64,000 nt of DNA from an uncultured bacterium (GTDB lineage Bacteria > Zixibacteria > MSB-5A5 > GN15 > FEB-12): contig CBDVDR010000007.1 of NCBI GenBank assembly GCA_965372795.1, positions 94,838 to 158,837 of the forward strand, in the 5' to 3' direction. Positions 63,198 to 64,000 of the stretch are shown in pieces. Both the position numbers and the translations under genes were made by a program. The first letter of the stretch is position 1; every line of letters starts with the position of its first letter. Below the pieces are notes generated by a model. The model worked only from the letters and a program-made list of their open reading frames with translations. It had not been told where the DNA came from and did no database searches.

Positions 63198-63509
63198 TGA
63201 TTTATCGACATTAAATAATTTATACAGCCTTATAAATAACTCTAAATTTAATGATTTAAATTGAAATTTAAAATTCGGAATTAATAATCTGAAGCTTCTG
63301 GCTGAAAAGTTGATTACCCGAAATAGTAATATTTTTGATAACTAATCTAAAATTGAGAATTCGAAATGATAAAAATAATGGGAGTTTTTAAGTTTCAATA
63401 ATTATTAAATATGGATTCAGCAGACAAATAATATTTCGTAAACGACTGTTCTTGGTATCAAGAAATTAATAATATTAACACTGCTTAGATATTAATTTCT
63501 GATTTATCA

Positions 63510-63723
63510 TGTGATTATATTCACATATATATCGCTTCTATATTATTATTTTTATGGGTTGTATTTTCTCCCTTAACATATTCTCAGCAAATCATTTTGT
63601 GATTGTTTTCACATATTGCGTCGTATTTAATCTTTTACACTATCTCAGTTTTACTCCATTTTAATAGTTCATTTATTTAATGATTTAATCAGAACGGCAC
63701 CACGCTATGTGATATTTTTCACA
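63510..63723. promoter_or_regulatory. Cluster of three TGTGA-N6-TCACA boxes (Rex/CRP-like)
   Basis: 63510-63525 TGTGATTATATTCACA; 63598-63613 TGTGATTGTTTTCACA; 63708-63723 TGTGATATTTTTCACA. Confidence 0.7.
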
Positions 63724-64000
63724 TATCGGTTTTTTGCCTTGTCTCATTTTTAGAATAAAGTAACCTTATTTTATAAATTATATTTTAGATTTATTTAATC
63801 CCAAATTAGGATATTGCAGCTCAAACCTGAGAGTTATATTGAATTTTATATTTAGTGGTACATTTACAATTGATAGAGTTTTGGTATTTCATAATCATGA
63901 CAATTAATCACATTATTTAACTAAATATACCTATTAATTATCCCTCTTATTTTCTCTTATATTGTAACTACTTGTTGTCGTATTTGCGGTTTTATTGATT

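Noticed and set aside
61722..64000. Genomic island or prophage integrated at tRNA-Glu
   Set aside because: No integrase and no duplicated tRNA 3' end seen; the gene on the tRNA 3' side is housekeeping pruA.
62967..64000. CRISPR array or replication origin in the noncoding tail
   Set aside because: The repeats are only 16-bp palindromes with variable cores and irregular spacing; no cas genes and no cluster of TTATCCACA DnaA boxes seen.

Overview
AT-rich diderm bacterial chromosome segment. The gene content (PorV/PorQ barrel, dockerin-like C-terminal repeat, Bacteroidota-type cbb3 oxidase operon, many multiheme cytochromes) suggests an FCB-related lineage such as Zixibacteria; this is inference. 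From left to right: hutU-hutI with envelope genes; GNATs; a radical SAM fusion, rsmB and a PASTA protein; a complete ccoISNOQPGH operon; an HD/LysF-like aconitase/PrpD operon; a ~14.5 kb respiratory locus; lptFG; ahcY-metK downstream of an uncharacterised four-gene membrane module; a probable pseudokinase; pruA; tRNA-Glu; and an AT-rich noncoding tail carrying three TGTGA-N6-TCACA boxes. The respiratory locus holds TetR, an MtrA/DmsE-like decaheme cytochrome, an outer-membrane beta-barrel, CbcA/CbcB/CbcL-like quinol oxidoreductases, and a convergent HmcB-C-D plus multiheme module, with 67 CXXCH motifs counted. The strongest hidden signal is that the beta-barrel gene, split into two ORFs in the track, reads through an in-frame UGA at 28786 followed by a SECIS-like GC-rich hairpin. 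This points to a heme- and selenocysteine-containing porin in a porin-cytochrome conduit. Two real small genes missed by the ORF track (ccoS, hmcD-like) and several operator motifs were read directly from the DNA.
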